Shown in pieces: positions 1 through 8,746 of a stretch of 64,000 nucleotides of DNA. The DNA is from an uncultured Acetatifactor sp. (GTDB taxonomy: Bacteria > Bacillota > Clostridia > Lachnospirales > Lachnospiraceae). A program made the translations under genes and the position numbers. The notes under the pieces are model-generated. The model was not told the origin of the DNA. It searched no databases and was given only the letters and a program-made list of their open reading frames with translations. Positions within the stretch are counted from its first letter, which is position 1. Every line of letters starts with the position of its first letter. Location of the stretch: positions 5,977 through 69,976 of the forward strand of contig CANQNT010000014.1 of NCBI GenBank assembly GCA_947625255.1. The letters run 5' to 3'.

Positions 1-595
1 CATCGTCATTGATATACAAAACCGGTTTGATATTGGCTACCGTACCAAGAACCGCCGAGGTTTTGGACAGACGTCCTCCCCGATACAGATACCCCAGATC
101 ATCCACCGTGAACTGCACGCATAAGTTAGGCACCAATCCCCGCAGAATATCGGCGGTTTCCTCCAGAGACTTTCCTTCCTTTTTCAAAGAAAGAGCCTTC
201 ATGATCAAAATTGCCTCGCCCAGGGACGCGGACAGAGTATCCACTACCTCTACACGGAAGTCGGGAATTTCCTCCATCATCTGCCTCCCAACCATCTGCA
301 CGTTGCCGCAGCCTCCGCTTAAGGCGGAAGAAAAGCTGATGTGAAGCACATCCTTGCCCTCTGCGGCGTACGCGGCGAACATCTCCTCAATAACGGCAGG
401 ATTGCTCGCCATAGTTCCCACTTTCTTCTGAGCCCTCATGGCAGCATAAAACTCCCGAATGGACATCTCCCGATCGGCGCCATAGACCTCCTCTTCCACC
501 GTATAATAATGCGGAATCACCCCAATTTCGTTTTCCAGGATAAACTCCCGGGGCAGATCTGAATTACTCTCCGTTGTGATAACAAAATCCCTCAT
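1..595 (-). CDS. DegV family fatty-acid-binding protein (3' end runs off window)
   Basis: Manual minus-strand translation from ATG at 595: MRDFVITTESNSDLPREF...HISFSSALSGG...VVDTLSASLGE...DDLGYLYRGGRLS, typical DegV motifs. GGAGGAG RBS upstream. Not in the ORF track. Confidence 0.88.
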   Translation of the reverse strand, partial: MRDFVITTESNSDLPREFILENEIGVIPHYYTVEEEVYGADREMSIREFYAAMRAQKKVGTMASNPAVIEEMFAAYAAEGKDVLHISFSSALSGGCGNVQMVGRQMMEEIPDFRVEVVDTLSASLGEAILIMKALSLKKEGKSLEETADILRGLVPNLCVQFTVDDLGYLYRGGRLSKTSAVLGTVANIKPVLYINDD

Positions 596-684
596 GAATA
601 CAACTCCTCCTTAGATCCTTGATTGCCTGTACCTGCAATCATTATTGTACCCCATTTTGAGGAATTCCGCAATTGGGTTCCTGG

Positions 685-745
685 AAAAAAGGCTGTCGCA
701 GAATAGCTGAGTAATCACACCGTTATTCTGTCCAGCCCTCTTTTT
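685..745. terminator. Long imperfect hairpin flanked by A and T tracts
   Basis: GGCTG(691-695)/CAGCC(733-737) plus CAGAATA(699-705)/TATTCTG(724-730), with AAAAAA on the left and TTTTT on the right. Confidence 0.5.
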
Positions 746-813
746 ATTTCACACCTTTGTTGCATAATTTCTCTATAATTTACACACCATAATCCCGGAA
801 AGGAAGGTATGCC

Positions 814-987
814 ATGTCTGACAAAAAATATACGAACCTTTATGACGATGGGAACATCCCAAACGAGGATCTTCCACAAAACAGCACTGATGACGCCGCC
901 AGCGATTCCGCCGGGTCAAAATATGACAACGTGGAACCGTTGCCGGAATCATCACGACCTCGGAAAGATGGACCGGGAGGGGATTAA
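814..987 (+). CDS. Small acidic 57-aa hypothetical protein
   Basis: ATG at 814 with GGAAGG RBS at 802-807, TAA at 985-987: MSDKKYTNLYDDGNIPNEDLPQNSTDDAASDSAGSKYDNVEPLPESSRPRKDGPGGD. Below the ORF-track size cutoff. Confidence 0.62.
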   Translation: MSDKKYTNLYDDGNIPNEDLPQNSTDDAASDSAGSKYDNVEPLPESSRPRKDGPGGD

Positions 988-1027
988 CCCCTCCTGGGTC
1001 TTGGCAATCATCTGGAAAGCGCCCTTT

Positions 1028-1606
1028 TCACACCTCCATGTCGATCCCGAGTCTGTCGAGCAGGGCCCTCTGCCCGGGGGCGATCTTCGACAGGACGGTT
1101 TCCCTTTCCAACACCACCAGATAGATCGTCTTCAACGCTTCGAGATCCTTCAGCCCAACCCCGTGCTCCTTATAGAGCCGCCGGCTCAGTGACGCCGTCT
1201 GCGCCGGAAACCGGTACCGGAAGTCTTCCGCCGTCCTCCTTCCGGCCTCCCTTCCCAGATATGACGTCGGCGACTCTTTCAGGATGATGAGTCTCAGGAC
1301 GTCAGCCCAATCCTCCCCCAGCGGCTTCTTCCAGTCCTCCGGGCACAGTTCCCAAACGGCTTTCGAATAACCGTATTCCCAGACCCCCACGTCTGTCAAC
1401 GTCACTTTTTTTCTGTTGGTTTTCACGACGCCTTCGGGGGTAATAATGCCGATGTAGGTGTCAACCGGCTGGGGGTATTTTTTCCCCGGCACTCGCCTTG
1501 AAGTGCGCTTGTAAAGATAGTAGTTGTCCCCCTTCCTTTTGACGGTTGTTCCCCGTGTATGTTGCTTTTGTACCCATTCCGGGTAGGTTTTTTCTGATTT
1601 TGGCAT
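1028..1606 (-). CDS. Hypothetical 192-aa protein resembling the termini of IS1634/IS4-like transposases, no DDE core
   Basis: Strong RBS (AAGGAGGGA). N-terminal KKGDNYYLYKRTSRRVPGKKYPQPVDTYIGII and C-terminal LSKIAPGQRALLDRLGI resemble transposase termini (recalled similarity, not searched). Confidence 0.6.
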   Translation of the reverse strand: MPKSEKTYPEWVQKQHTRGTTVKRKGDNYYLYKRTSRRVPGKKYPQPVDTYIGIITPEGVVKTNRKKVTLTDVGVWEYGYSKAVWELCPEDWKKPLGEDWADVLRLIILKESPTSYLGREAGRRTAEDFRYRFPAQTASLSRRLYKEHGVGLKDLEALKTIYLVVLERETVLSKIAPGQRALLDRLGIDMEV

Positions 1607-1631
1607 AATGTCCCTCCTTTTCCGTATGGAT

Positions 1632-1664
1632 GGTATAATACCTATACTATAAAGGCATTATACC
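1632..1664. promoter_or_regulatory. Operator-like 12-bp inverted repeat overlapping the putative promoter of the 192-aa gene
   Basis: GGTATAATACCT-N9-AGGCATTATACC (1 mismatch). The right arm contains TATAAT on the minus strand. Confidence 0.5.
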
Positions 1665-1681
1665 TCTACACAAAAAAAAAG

Positions 1682-1724
1682 TCGAGAGTTATGGGCAATT
1701 TGGTATCGCATCCATAACTCTCGA
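1682..1724. repeat. Perfect 13-bp inverted repeat (terminator or element-end junction)
   Basis: TCGAGAGTTATGG-N17-CCATAACTCTCGA, followed on the minus strand by a 9-T run. Confidence 0.6.
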
Positions 1725-1866
1725 TAAAATCAAGTAGTCATACAATATCATTATTTACCTTAAATTTCAATTTTCATGGCATTGGTGGATAAATTTACTA
1801 TCCGGCATGGAAATTCAAATCTAGGGCAAATACTTCTTTGATTACCTTTCCATTTTTTAGAAAAAA

Positions 1867-1913
1867 TAAAAGCGCCAGGAACCGCATAAACAAGCCATTT
1901 CCAGGCGCTTTTA
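1867..1913 (-). terminator. Hairpin immediately downstream of tmRNA
   Basis: TAAAAGCGCC(1867-1876)/GGCGCTTTTA(1904-1913), followed by a T tract on the minus strand. Confidence 0.65.
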
Positions 1914-1917
1914 CAAG

Positions 1918-2259
1918 TGGAGTAGACGGGAGTCGAACCCGTGTCCAAAAGCCTATCCCCTGTCCTTCTACTATCATAGTCTGTGTTCGCGGTTTGCCCC
2001 ATTCCCTCCCGTGTCAGGAAACAGACAATCTGGCACGTTTAGTAGCTTCATAATACGCCCGCACGCGCAAAGCTTAGCGTGTGTCGTTTCTCACATCGTC
2101 GATGCCCGGATTCCAGAGTGTGAGTGCCCTGGAGCGGACAGCTGCCCTTAGGCAGCGAGTGCTAAATTATCTTCAGCGTTTATTTTTATTTTGTGATTAA
2201 CGTGTCACAACGGATAGCTTCTCCAGCTTCAAAGCCCCTGTCGAAACCTTGACTACCCC
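1918..2259 (-). ncRNA. ssrA: tmRNA; tag reading frame at 2148-2177 encodes AEDNLALAA*
   Basis: 5' GGGGTAG pairs with 3' CTACTCC(A), including the G3-U70 wobble. T-arm GGGTTCGACTCCC. Tag ends in LAA-stop. Adjacent to smpB. Confidence 0.96.
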
Positions 2260-2365
2260 TTGTCATAACACCAAAAACGGTGCATGTTCTAAGCATCTTA
2301 AGGCAAAAACAAGTATAGCCCAAACCCATGTATCTGTCAACAGGTTTTTTCTGTGCTTTTCATTC

Positions 2366-2842
2366 CTATATCCGGCTGGACTTAAACTCTCTTTGCGCCT
2401 CCCTCTCCTGGTCTTTCCTGGCGATGGATTCCCGTTTATCGTAGAGCTTCTTACCACGGGCCAGGCCCACCTCCACCTTTGCTCGGCCATCCTTAAAATA
2501 GACCTGGAGCGGAACCAGGGTATACCCTTTTTCCGCCACTTTTCCCGCCAGCTTGCGGATTTCGTATTTGTGCATCAAAAGCTTTTTCACCCGCAAGGGG
2601 TCCTTGTTAAAAATGTTCCCTTTTTCATAGGGGCTGATGTGCATTCCATAGACGAACACTTCTCCGTTTTCGATGCGAACGAAAGCTTCCTTGATGCTGC
2701 ATTTCCCCATGCGCAGAGACTTCACCTCCGTGCCATGGAGGGCAATCCCCGCTTCATAGGTTTCGTCTATGAAATAATCATGGTACGCCTTTTTATGATT
2801 GGCGACCAGCTTTTGTGATTCCTTTTTCACCATCATTTCCAC
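2366..2842 (-). CDS. smpB: SsrA-binding protein
   Basis: NKKA-like [26 protein letters not shown] and [13 protein letters not shown] motifs. Confidence 0.97.
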   Translation of the reverse strand: MEMMVKKESQKLVANHKKAYHDYFIDETYEAGIALHGTEVKSLRMGKCSIKEAFVRIENGEVFVYGMHISPYEKGNIFNKDPLRVKKLLMHKYEIRKLAGKVAEKGYTLVPLQVYFKDGRAKVEVGLARGKKLYDKRESIARKDQEREAQREFKSSRI

Positions 2843-2972
2843 CTTTCCGCGGTATATTAATGACGCATCTCTCCCTCTATGCCAATCCGCGGGGTCATGC
2901 TCTCCCGCTTACCGTCCACGAACACAGTCAGTTTTCCCGCTTCTTCCCAACGGCTACGCCTTAGGCTCCTAC

Positions 2973-5069
2973 TCACCCATCCTTTTCCATCAACGAAAAC
3001 GTGTTCTCAGGCTCTTCTTCCGCCAGTTCAAACTCCACGCTTCTTGCGGCGCGGTCCGCGTCCACAACGCGCACCCGTACCGGCATCCCCAGCCTGTAGG
3101 TGATCCCGGTGGTTTCCCCTACCATTTCATAAGCGGCTTCATCAAAGACAAAATAATCCCCCGCAAGCCTGGACACATGGATCATTCCCTCTACCGTATT
3201 GGGCAATTCCACAAAGATTCCCCAGCTCGTAATGCCGGAAATAATTCCCTCAAAACACTGTCCGATCCGCTCTTCCATGAACTGTGCCTTTTTCAGCTTG
3301 TCCGTCTCCCGCTCGGCTTCGTCAGCCCGCCGTTCTGTCTGGGAGGATTGTTCACAGACCTGTGGCAAAATCGCCGCGTAATGGGCAATCCGCTCCTCCC
3401 CCAGCCGTCCCCGAAGCTGATCCTTGATGATACGATGGATCTGAAGATCCGGATACCGCCTGATCGGAGAAGTAAAGTGACAATAAAACTGGCAAGCCAG
3501 GCCAAAATGTCCCGTACTTTCCGTACTGTACCGCGCCCGCTTCATAGTGCGCAGGGTCAAGCGGCTGATCAGAGCCTCCTCTGGCGTTCCGGCAATTTTA
3601 TCCAAAAGCTTCTGAATCTCCTTGGGATGAATCTCCTGGTCGCTGACCCGGCTTCTGGCACGCCCGATGGACTTCATATAATAACCCAGATTATTAATGA
3701 ACGCGGAAAGCTTCATGATTTTCTTGGAATCCGGTACATCATGCACCCGATAAACAAAGGGCAGCTCCATCCAGTAAAAATGTTGCGCCACCGTCTCATT
3801 GGCGGCCAGCATAAAATCCTCAATGATGTCCGTGGCCACGTTCCGTTCATAGGGCTTCACTTCGAGAGGACGTCCCTTAGCATCCAACACAATCCTGCAT
3901 TCCGGAAAATCAAAATCCACCGCGCCGCGCTGCTTTCTCTTGGCCCGAAGTATTCCGGACAGCTTTGCCATTTGGCGGAACATGGGAACCAGCTCCCGGT
4001 ACGCCCGGAACTCCTCCCGCTCCACGATGGTTTCATCCTCGAGAATCGCTTTTACGGCGGTATAAGTCATTCTTTTATTCACGCGAATCACGGACTCACA
4101 GATTTCATAATCAACAACTTCTCCCCTGCCATCCACTGTCATCAGACAGCTTAAAGCCAGTCTGTCCTCGCCCTCGTTCAGCGAGCAGATTCCATTGGAC
4201 AGCGCATGGGGAAGCATAGGGATCACACGATCCACCAGATATACGCTGGTTCCCCGTTTCAGCGCCTCCTGGTCCAACGCGGAATTTTCCCACACATAAT
4301 TGGTCACATCCGCGATATGCACGCCCAAGTGATAATATCCATCCTGCAGAGAAAGGCTGACCGCGTCATCCAAATCCTTGGCATCCTCCCCATCGATGGT
4401 TACCATCGTCACGTCCCGCAGATCACGCCTGCCCGCCCGGTCCGCTTCTGAAACCTCCTGGGAAATCCTCTCCACTTGGTGCATGATTTTGTCACTGAAC
4501 TCCGCAGGCAGTTCAAATTCCCTCACAAGAGAAAGAATATCCACGCCAGGATCATCCATGTGGCCTAAAATCTCCACCACACGGCCTTCCGGATTCTTCC
4601 GGCCCGCTCCGTAATCCGTGATTTCCACCACGGCCTTGCTGCCGGTTACCGCTCCCCTGGAGCACTCCTTTGGCACGAAAATATCACGGGGCAGCTTCTG
4701 ATCGTCCGGCACCAGGAACCCATAATTCTCCCTGGAGCGGTCAAAAGTTCCAACCACCCGGCTCATTCCATGAGAAAGGATACGCAGCACCCGTGCTTCC
4801 TGACGTTTCCCGGACTTTCCGGTCAATACAACTTCTACCTCATCCTTATGAAAAGCGCCGCCCGTCTGGTCCTCCGGAATAAAAAGGTCATCGGGACGTC
4901 CTTCCACCTCCACAAAGCCAAAGCCTCTGGGATTGCTTAGAAAGGTGCCTTTCAGAACCTCTTGTTCGATTCTCTCCCGTGCTTTCGCAGCTTGCTTCCC
5001 TGACCCCGACACTTTCGTTTCCTGCTCCTTTTCCGCCCGCACCGCGTCACGTCTTACTTTTTCCAACAT
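2973..5069 (-). CDS. rnr: Ribonuclease R
   Basis: CSD GFGFV, RNB TIDGEDAKDLDDA and HFTSPIRRYPDL, C-terminal S1 domain; secG-rnr-smpB synteny. Confidence 0.95.
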   Translation of the reverse strand: MLEKVRRDAVRAEKEQETKVSGSGKQAAKARERIEQEVLKGTFLSNPRGFGFVEVEGRPDDLFIPEDQTGGAFHKDEVEVVLTGKSGKRQEARVLRILSHGMSRVVGTFDRSRENYGFLVPDDQKLPRDIFVPKECSRGAVTGSKAVVEITDYGAGRKNPEGRVVEILGHMDDPGVDILSLVREFELPAEFSDKIMHQVERISQEVSEADRAGRRDLRDVTMVTIDGEDAKDLDDAVSLSLQDGYYHLGVHIADVTNYVWENSALDQEALKRGTSVYLVDRVIPMLPHALSNGICSLNEGEDRLALSCLMTVDGRGEVVDYEICESVIRVNKRMTYTAVKAILEDETIVEREEFRAYRELVPMFRQMAKLSGILRAKRKQRGAVDFDFPECRIVLDAKGRPLEVKPYERNVATDIIEDFMLAANETVAQHFYWMELPFVYRVHDVPDSKKIMKLSAFINNLGYYMKSIGRARSRVSDQEIHPKEIQKLLDKIAGTPEEALISRLTLRTMKRARYSTESTGHFGLACQFYCHFTSPIRRYPDLQIHRIIKDQLRGRLGEERIAHYAAILPQVCEQSSQTERRADEAERETDKLKKAQFMEERIGQCFEGIISGITSWGIFVELPNTVEGMIHVSRLAGDYFVFDEAAYEMVGETTGITYRLGMPVRVRVVDADRAARSVEFELAEEEPENTFSLMEKDG

Positions 5070-5152
5070 ATCATTACTACTCCTGCCTTAATCGAATCCC
5101 ATTGATGCGGCGGCGAAAAACACCACAAGTCAAAAAAACTCTGAATATGAAA

Positions 5153-5176
5153 AAAGCACTCTAACCAGAGTGCTTT
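5153..5176 (-). terminator. Intrinsic terminator after secG
   Basis: AAAGCACTCT-AACC-AGAGTGCTTT with a T tract on the minus strand. Confidence 0.75.
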
Positions 5177-5188
5177 GTCTAATGCGCC

Positions 5189-5428
5189 TTAGAATATACC
5201 CAGATTCAGTATCACCGCGATCAACATAAAGGATACGGCTAAAATCTTGGTAAGTTTCACCAGAAGGCCCTCCATGGAACGTCCCTTGTTCTTGCCCCAG
5301 TAGGACTCCGCCGCCCCGCTGATGGCTCCAAGTCCCGCGGACTTGCCCTCCTGCATCAGTACCAACACAACCAGTGCTATACACACCAATATGAAAATAA
5401 TCGTCAAAACAATCTTAAGTGCTCCCAT
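5189..5428 (-). CDS. secG: Preprotein translocase subunit SecG
   Basis: Two TMs, LVLMQEGKSAGLGAISG motif. Start at MGALK with a GGAGG RBS. Confidence 0.93.
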   Translation of the reverse strand: MGALKIVLTIIFILVCIALVVLVLMQEGKSAGLGAISGAAESYWGKNKGRSMEGLLVKLTKILAVSFMLIAVILNLGIF

Positions 5429-5525
5429 TTCCACACCTCCTAATGTCACACAACAGTGATTGTACCACATATAGGAAAATATTTCAACTACTTTTTTCTT
5501 TACCGTGCAAAATCACAAAACCGAA

Positions 5526-5891
5526 TCACAAAACCGCTATCAGAAGAGAAATCCCAAGAAATCCAAGCCCGGTCAAAAGGAAAGGCAATAAAACGCTGCT
5601 CTGTCTCCCCCGTTTTTCCTGTTTCCGGCTGCTGTATTCGTACAAATCCTTGTATTTCCTGTCCGAAAGCAGTGTGGAAAATCCATACCCTATTGTGTCA
5701 AAAGCGCCCGCCCACGCGACCCAGGCAAGCAGCCCCACCAATATGGAGACCGCTCCGGCCACACTGAGTGCATCCACATAATAGATTTTCCGGTCAAAAC
5801 CTTTCAGAAACAGCACAAGCAGTGTAAACCCGACATTGACGAGCAGCGCCGCCACATATCTTTTCCATGACCCCATAGTCACGCTTTCCAT
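5526..5891 (-). CDS. DUF3899-like membrane protein at the end of the opp operon
   Basis: Three hydrophobic segments and GAFDTIGYGF; overlaps the oppF stop. True start may be 5876. Confidence 0.7.
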   Translation of the reverse strand: MESVTMGSWKRYVAALLVNVGFTLLVLFLKGFDRKIYYVDALSVAGAVSILVGLLAWVAWAGAFDTIGYGFSTLLSDRKYKDLYEYSSRKQEKRGRQSSVLLPFLLTGLGFLGISLLIAVL

Positions 5892-7159
5892 TCTTTCATG
5901 TATTTCTCATACTCGGCATTGTTGCAATATACAAAATGATTCTCCCAAAGCTCCCTTAAGCTTGGCTCATCTCCATGCCCATAGTCATGCACCTTGTCAG
6001 GCTCATAGAGGATACGCTTCCTCTTCCTTTCCGACCTCGGATTCGGCTTCGGAATCGCGGAAAGCAACGCTTTTGTATAAGGATGGGTGGGATGGGCAAA
6101 GAGCTCCGCGCTGGATGCTTTCTCCACCACCTTGCCAAAGTACATGACGACAATGGTATCGCAGAAATACCTGACCACCGAAAGATCATGGGCAATGAAA
6201 ATAATGGAGAGATTCAACTCCTCCTGCAGTTCATTCAGCAGATTGATCACCTGGGCGCGTATGGACACGTCCAACGCGGAAATCGGCTCATCACAGATCA
6301 AAAGCCTCGGATTCATGATAAGCGCTCTTGCGATACCGATTCTTTGTCTCTGACCGCCGGAAAACTCATGAGGATAACGGGAAGCGTGTTCCTCCACAAG
6401 TCCCACTCGGTTCAGCATCTCCACTACCTTTTTATGATTTTCCTCCTTATTGCGAAAGCCCTGGATCCGCAGTCCTTCCTGGATAATATCCTCCACGGTC
6501 ATACGAGGATCAAGGGAATCCACCGGATCCTGGAAAATCATCTGAATCTCGTTCAGCAACTTTCTGCTCGTGTGTTCATTGTCATATTTAATCTGTTTGA
6601 TCTTATCGGTCTGTTCTTTTCTGATTGTATCGATTCTTGTCTTGATCGCGGCAATCGCCTGATCCGCCTCTTCCTTGAGCTGGGAAACCCTCGTCTGATA
6701 ATTGGCGCCGCTTTGATCCAACGCCGCAAGATCCTGATTCAGCTTTTCTCTGATTTCCTTGATTTCCTGATTGCCGCGGATCTTGGACCATTTGATTTCT
6801 TTTTTATTCCACCTGGATCCGGCACTGATCCGAACGCCCTTATAATAAACCGCTCCAGAAGTAATGTCATAAAGACGGATGATGCTCCGTCCGGTAGTCG
6901 TCTTACCGCAGCCGCTCTCACCTACGATGCCAAGACACTCTCCCTCTTTAATATCAAAAGAAACGTCAGAAACCGCCTTCAGCTTCTGGCGATTCACACC
7001 CTTTCCAAAAAAGAAGAACTGCTTCAGATGTCTGACAGAAAGAATGACGCCTTTTTCCCGAAGCTCAGGCTTCTGCTTCACCTTGGGGTTGATATTGTAC
7101 TGGCTGTTAAATTCCGCATCACCGGTATTTCCCTCATATTGGTTCTTCGTCACACTCAT
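5879..7159 (-). CDS. oppF: Oligopeptide ABC ATPase OppF with internal coiled-coil insertion
   Basis: Walker A GESGCGKTT, signature FSGGQRQR, Walker B ICDEP, oligo-HPY motif HPYTKALLSAIP. Start chosen from the GGAGG RBS. Confidence 0.9.
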   Translation of the reverse strand: MSVTKNQYEGNTGDAEFNSQYNINPKVKQKPELREKGVILSVRHLKQFFFFGKGVNRQKLKAVSDVSFDIKEGECLGIVGESGCGKTTTGRSIIRLYDITSGAVYYKGVRISAGSRWNKKEIKWSKIRGNQEIKEIREKLNQDLAALDQSGANYQTRVSQLKEEADQAIAAIKTRIDTIRKEQTDKIKQIKYDNEHTSRKLLNEIQMIFQDPVDSLDPRMTVEDIIQEGLRIQGFRNKEENHKKVVEMLNRVGLVEEHASRYPHEFSGGQRQRIGIARALIMNPRLLICDEPISALDVSIRAQVINLLNELQEELNLSIIFIAHDLSVVRYFCDTIVVMYFGKVVEKASSAELFAHPTHPYTKALLSAIPKPNPRSERKRKRILYEPDKVHDYGHGDEPSLRELWENHFVYCNNAEYEKYMKEWKA

Positions 7160-7181
7160 TTTTTCCTCCATTCCAAAGCGT

Positions 7182-8690
7182 CTAATATGCTCCCTGTTCT
7201 CCTTGTGCGTCCTCTTCAAGGGAAATCCGAATTCTTTCGCTCACGATCTTCGGCATTTCAACCTTAGGCGCATGGGGATCCAAAAGCCATGTAGCCGCAT
7301 AATGGGTATCGCTGACCTTGAACATCGGAGGTTCCTCCCTGTAGTCAATATTCATGGCATATCTGCTGCGGGCGGCAAACGCGTCGCCCTTGGGCGGGTA
7401 GATCATATTGGGAGGTGTTCCCGGAATCGCTTCCAGCTTCTCCTTGCTGTCCACGTCCGGAATGCTGGAAAGAAGCGCCCACGTATAAGGATGCTTAGGA
7501 TCATAGAAAATTTCTTCCGCCGTGCCATACTCCACGATCTTACCGGCGTACATGACGGCCACCCTGTCGGCCATATTGGCAACCACGCCCAGGTCGTGGG
7601 TGATAAAAATACAAGAGAGATTTCTCTCAGCCTTGATCTTATTGATCAGCTCCAAAATCTGGGCCTGAATGGTCACATCCAGCGCCGTCGTAGGTTCGTC
7701 ACAGATCAGGATCTCGGGAGAAGCCGTCAGGGCGATGGCAATAACGATACGCTGCCGCATACCGCCCGAAAACTCAAAGGGATACTGCTTGTAACGTCTC
7801 TCCGGTTCAGGGATGCCCACCTCACGCATGATCGCGAGAGCACGCCTTTTGGCCTCAGCCTTCGTCAGCTTCAGCTTGTTCGTATATTCCAGCTTCTCTG
7901 CCTCGATTTGCTTTTGGATATTTTCCTTTTCACTTCCCGAAGCCGCGGCCCGCTGCTTTTCAAGTTCGGCAAGACGTGCCTTATGCTCCGCGGTCGCCTT
8001 TTCCTTATATTCCTTTACCTGCCGTTTCGCTTTCTTTTCCGTCTCTTCCAATACCGCTTTCAGTTCTTTGGCCTTCTTCTCGTACTGCGCACGGGTCTTC
8101 TTTTCAAACTCCTGAAAAGCAAGCTTTTTTTCTTTCGCAGCCTTTTTATCAGCGGCTTTCTCTTCGGCGCTTACATTCTCCTTCGCCGCCAACTGCGACA
8201 GAAACGCTTCCAGTTTCCTCTTCTCACCAGCGATCTCGATGTTCATTTTCGACAAAGTATTCTTATAACGAATGAGATCATCACTGATCAGGTCATTATA
8301 CATGAGCTTCAGCTTATCTGAATTGATCAGCATGGCCTCCGTGATCTGCTTGCCGATACGGACGATGGGATTCAGGGAAGACAGCGGGTCCTGAAAGATC
8401 ATGCCGATCTTATGACCGCGGATCTTATAAAATTCATCCTCGGAGACTTCCAACAGGTTCTCGCCCCGATACATAATATTCCCGTTCTCTATAATGGCGT
8501 TATTGGCAAGAATCCCCATGATCGCCTTTGAAGTAACCGATTTTCCGGAGCCGGATTCTCCCACGATGCAAAGCGTCTCGCCCCGGTTTAAATCAAAGGA
8601 AATATCACGGACAGCCTTCAGTATGCCGTTATCCGTTTTAAAATTTATAACAAGATGATTTACCGATAAAACCTTTTCCTGTGAAGCCAT
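7182..8690 (-). CDS. oppD: Oligopeptide ABC ATPase OppD with large Lys/Glu-rich insertion
   Basis: GESGSGKS, FQDPLSSLNP, FSGGMRQR, ICDEPTTALDVTIQAQIL, HPYTWALLSSIP. Confidence 0.92.
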   Translation of the reverse strand: MASQEKVLSVNHLVINFKTDNGILKAVRDISFDLNRGETLCIVGESGSGKSVTSKAIMGILANNAIIENGNIMYRGENLLEVSEDEFYKIRGHKIGMIFQDPLSSLNPIVRIGKQITEAMLINSDKLKLMYNDLISDDLIRYKNTLSKMNIEIAGEKRKLEAFLSQLAAKENVSAEEKAADKKAAKEKKLAFQEFEKKTRAQYEKKAKELKAVLEETEKKAKRQVKEYKEKATAEHKARLAELEKQRAAASGSEKENIQKQIEAEKLEYTNKLKLTKAEAKRRALAIMREVGIPEPERRYKQYPFEFSGGMRQRIVIAIALTASPEILICDEPTTALDVTIQAQILELINKIKAERNLSCIFITHDLGVVANMADRVAVMYAGKIVEYGTAEEIFYDPKHPYTWALLSSIPDVDSKEKLEAIPGTPPNMIYPPKGDAFAARSRYAMNIDYREEPPMFKVSDTHYAATWLLDPHAPKVEMPKIVSERIRISLEEDAQGEQGAY

Positions 8691-8746
8691 AACTTCCACA
8701 CCTTTCCCTAGTCTGCGGATATCCCCAGTCCCAAATCCTTTTTACA

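Noticed and set aside
773-1192. ORF-track ORFs 773-955(-) and 809-1192(+)
   Set aside because: They conflict with the RBS-supported 814-987 ORF and the 1028-1606 gene and have no protein-like features.
1760-2053. ORF-track ORFs 1760-2002(-) and 1838-2053(+)
   Set aside because: They overlap the tmRNA gene and its terminator; shadow ORFs.
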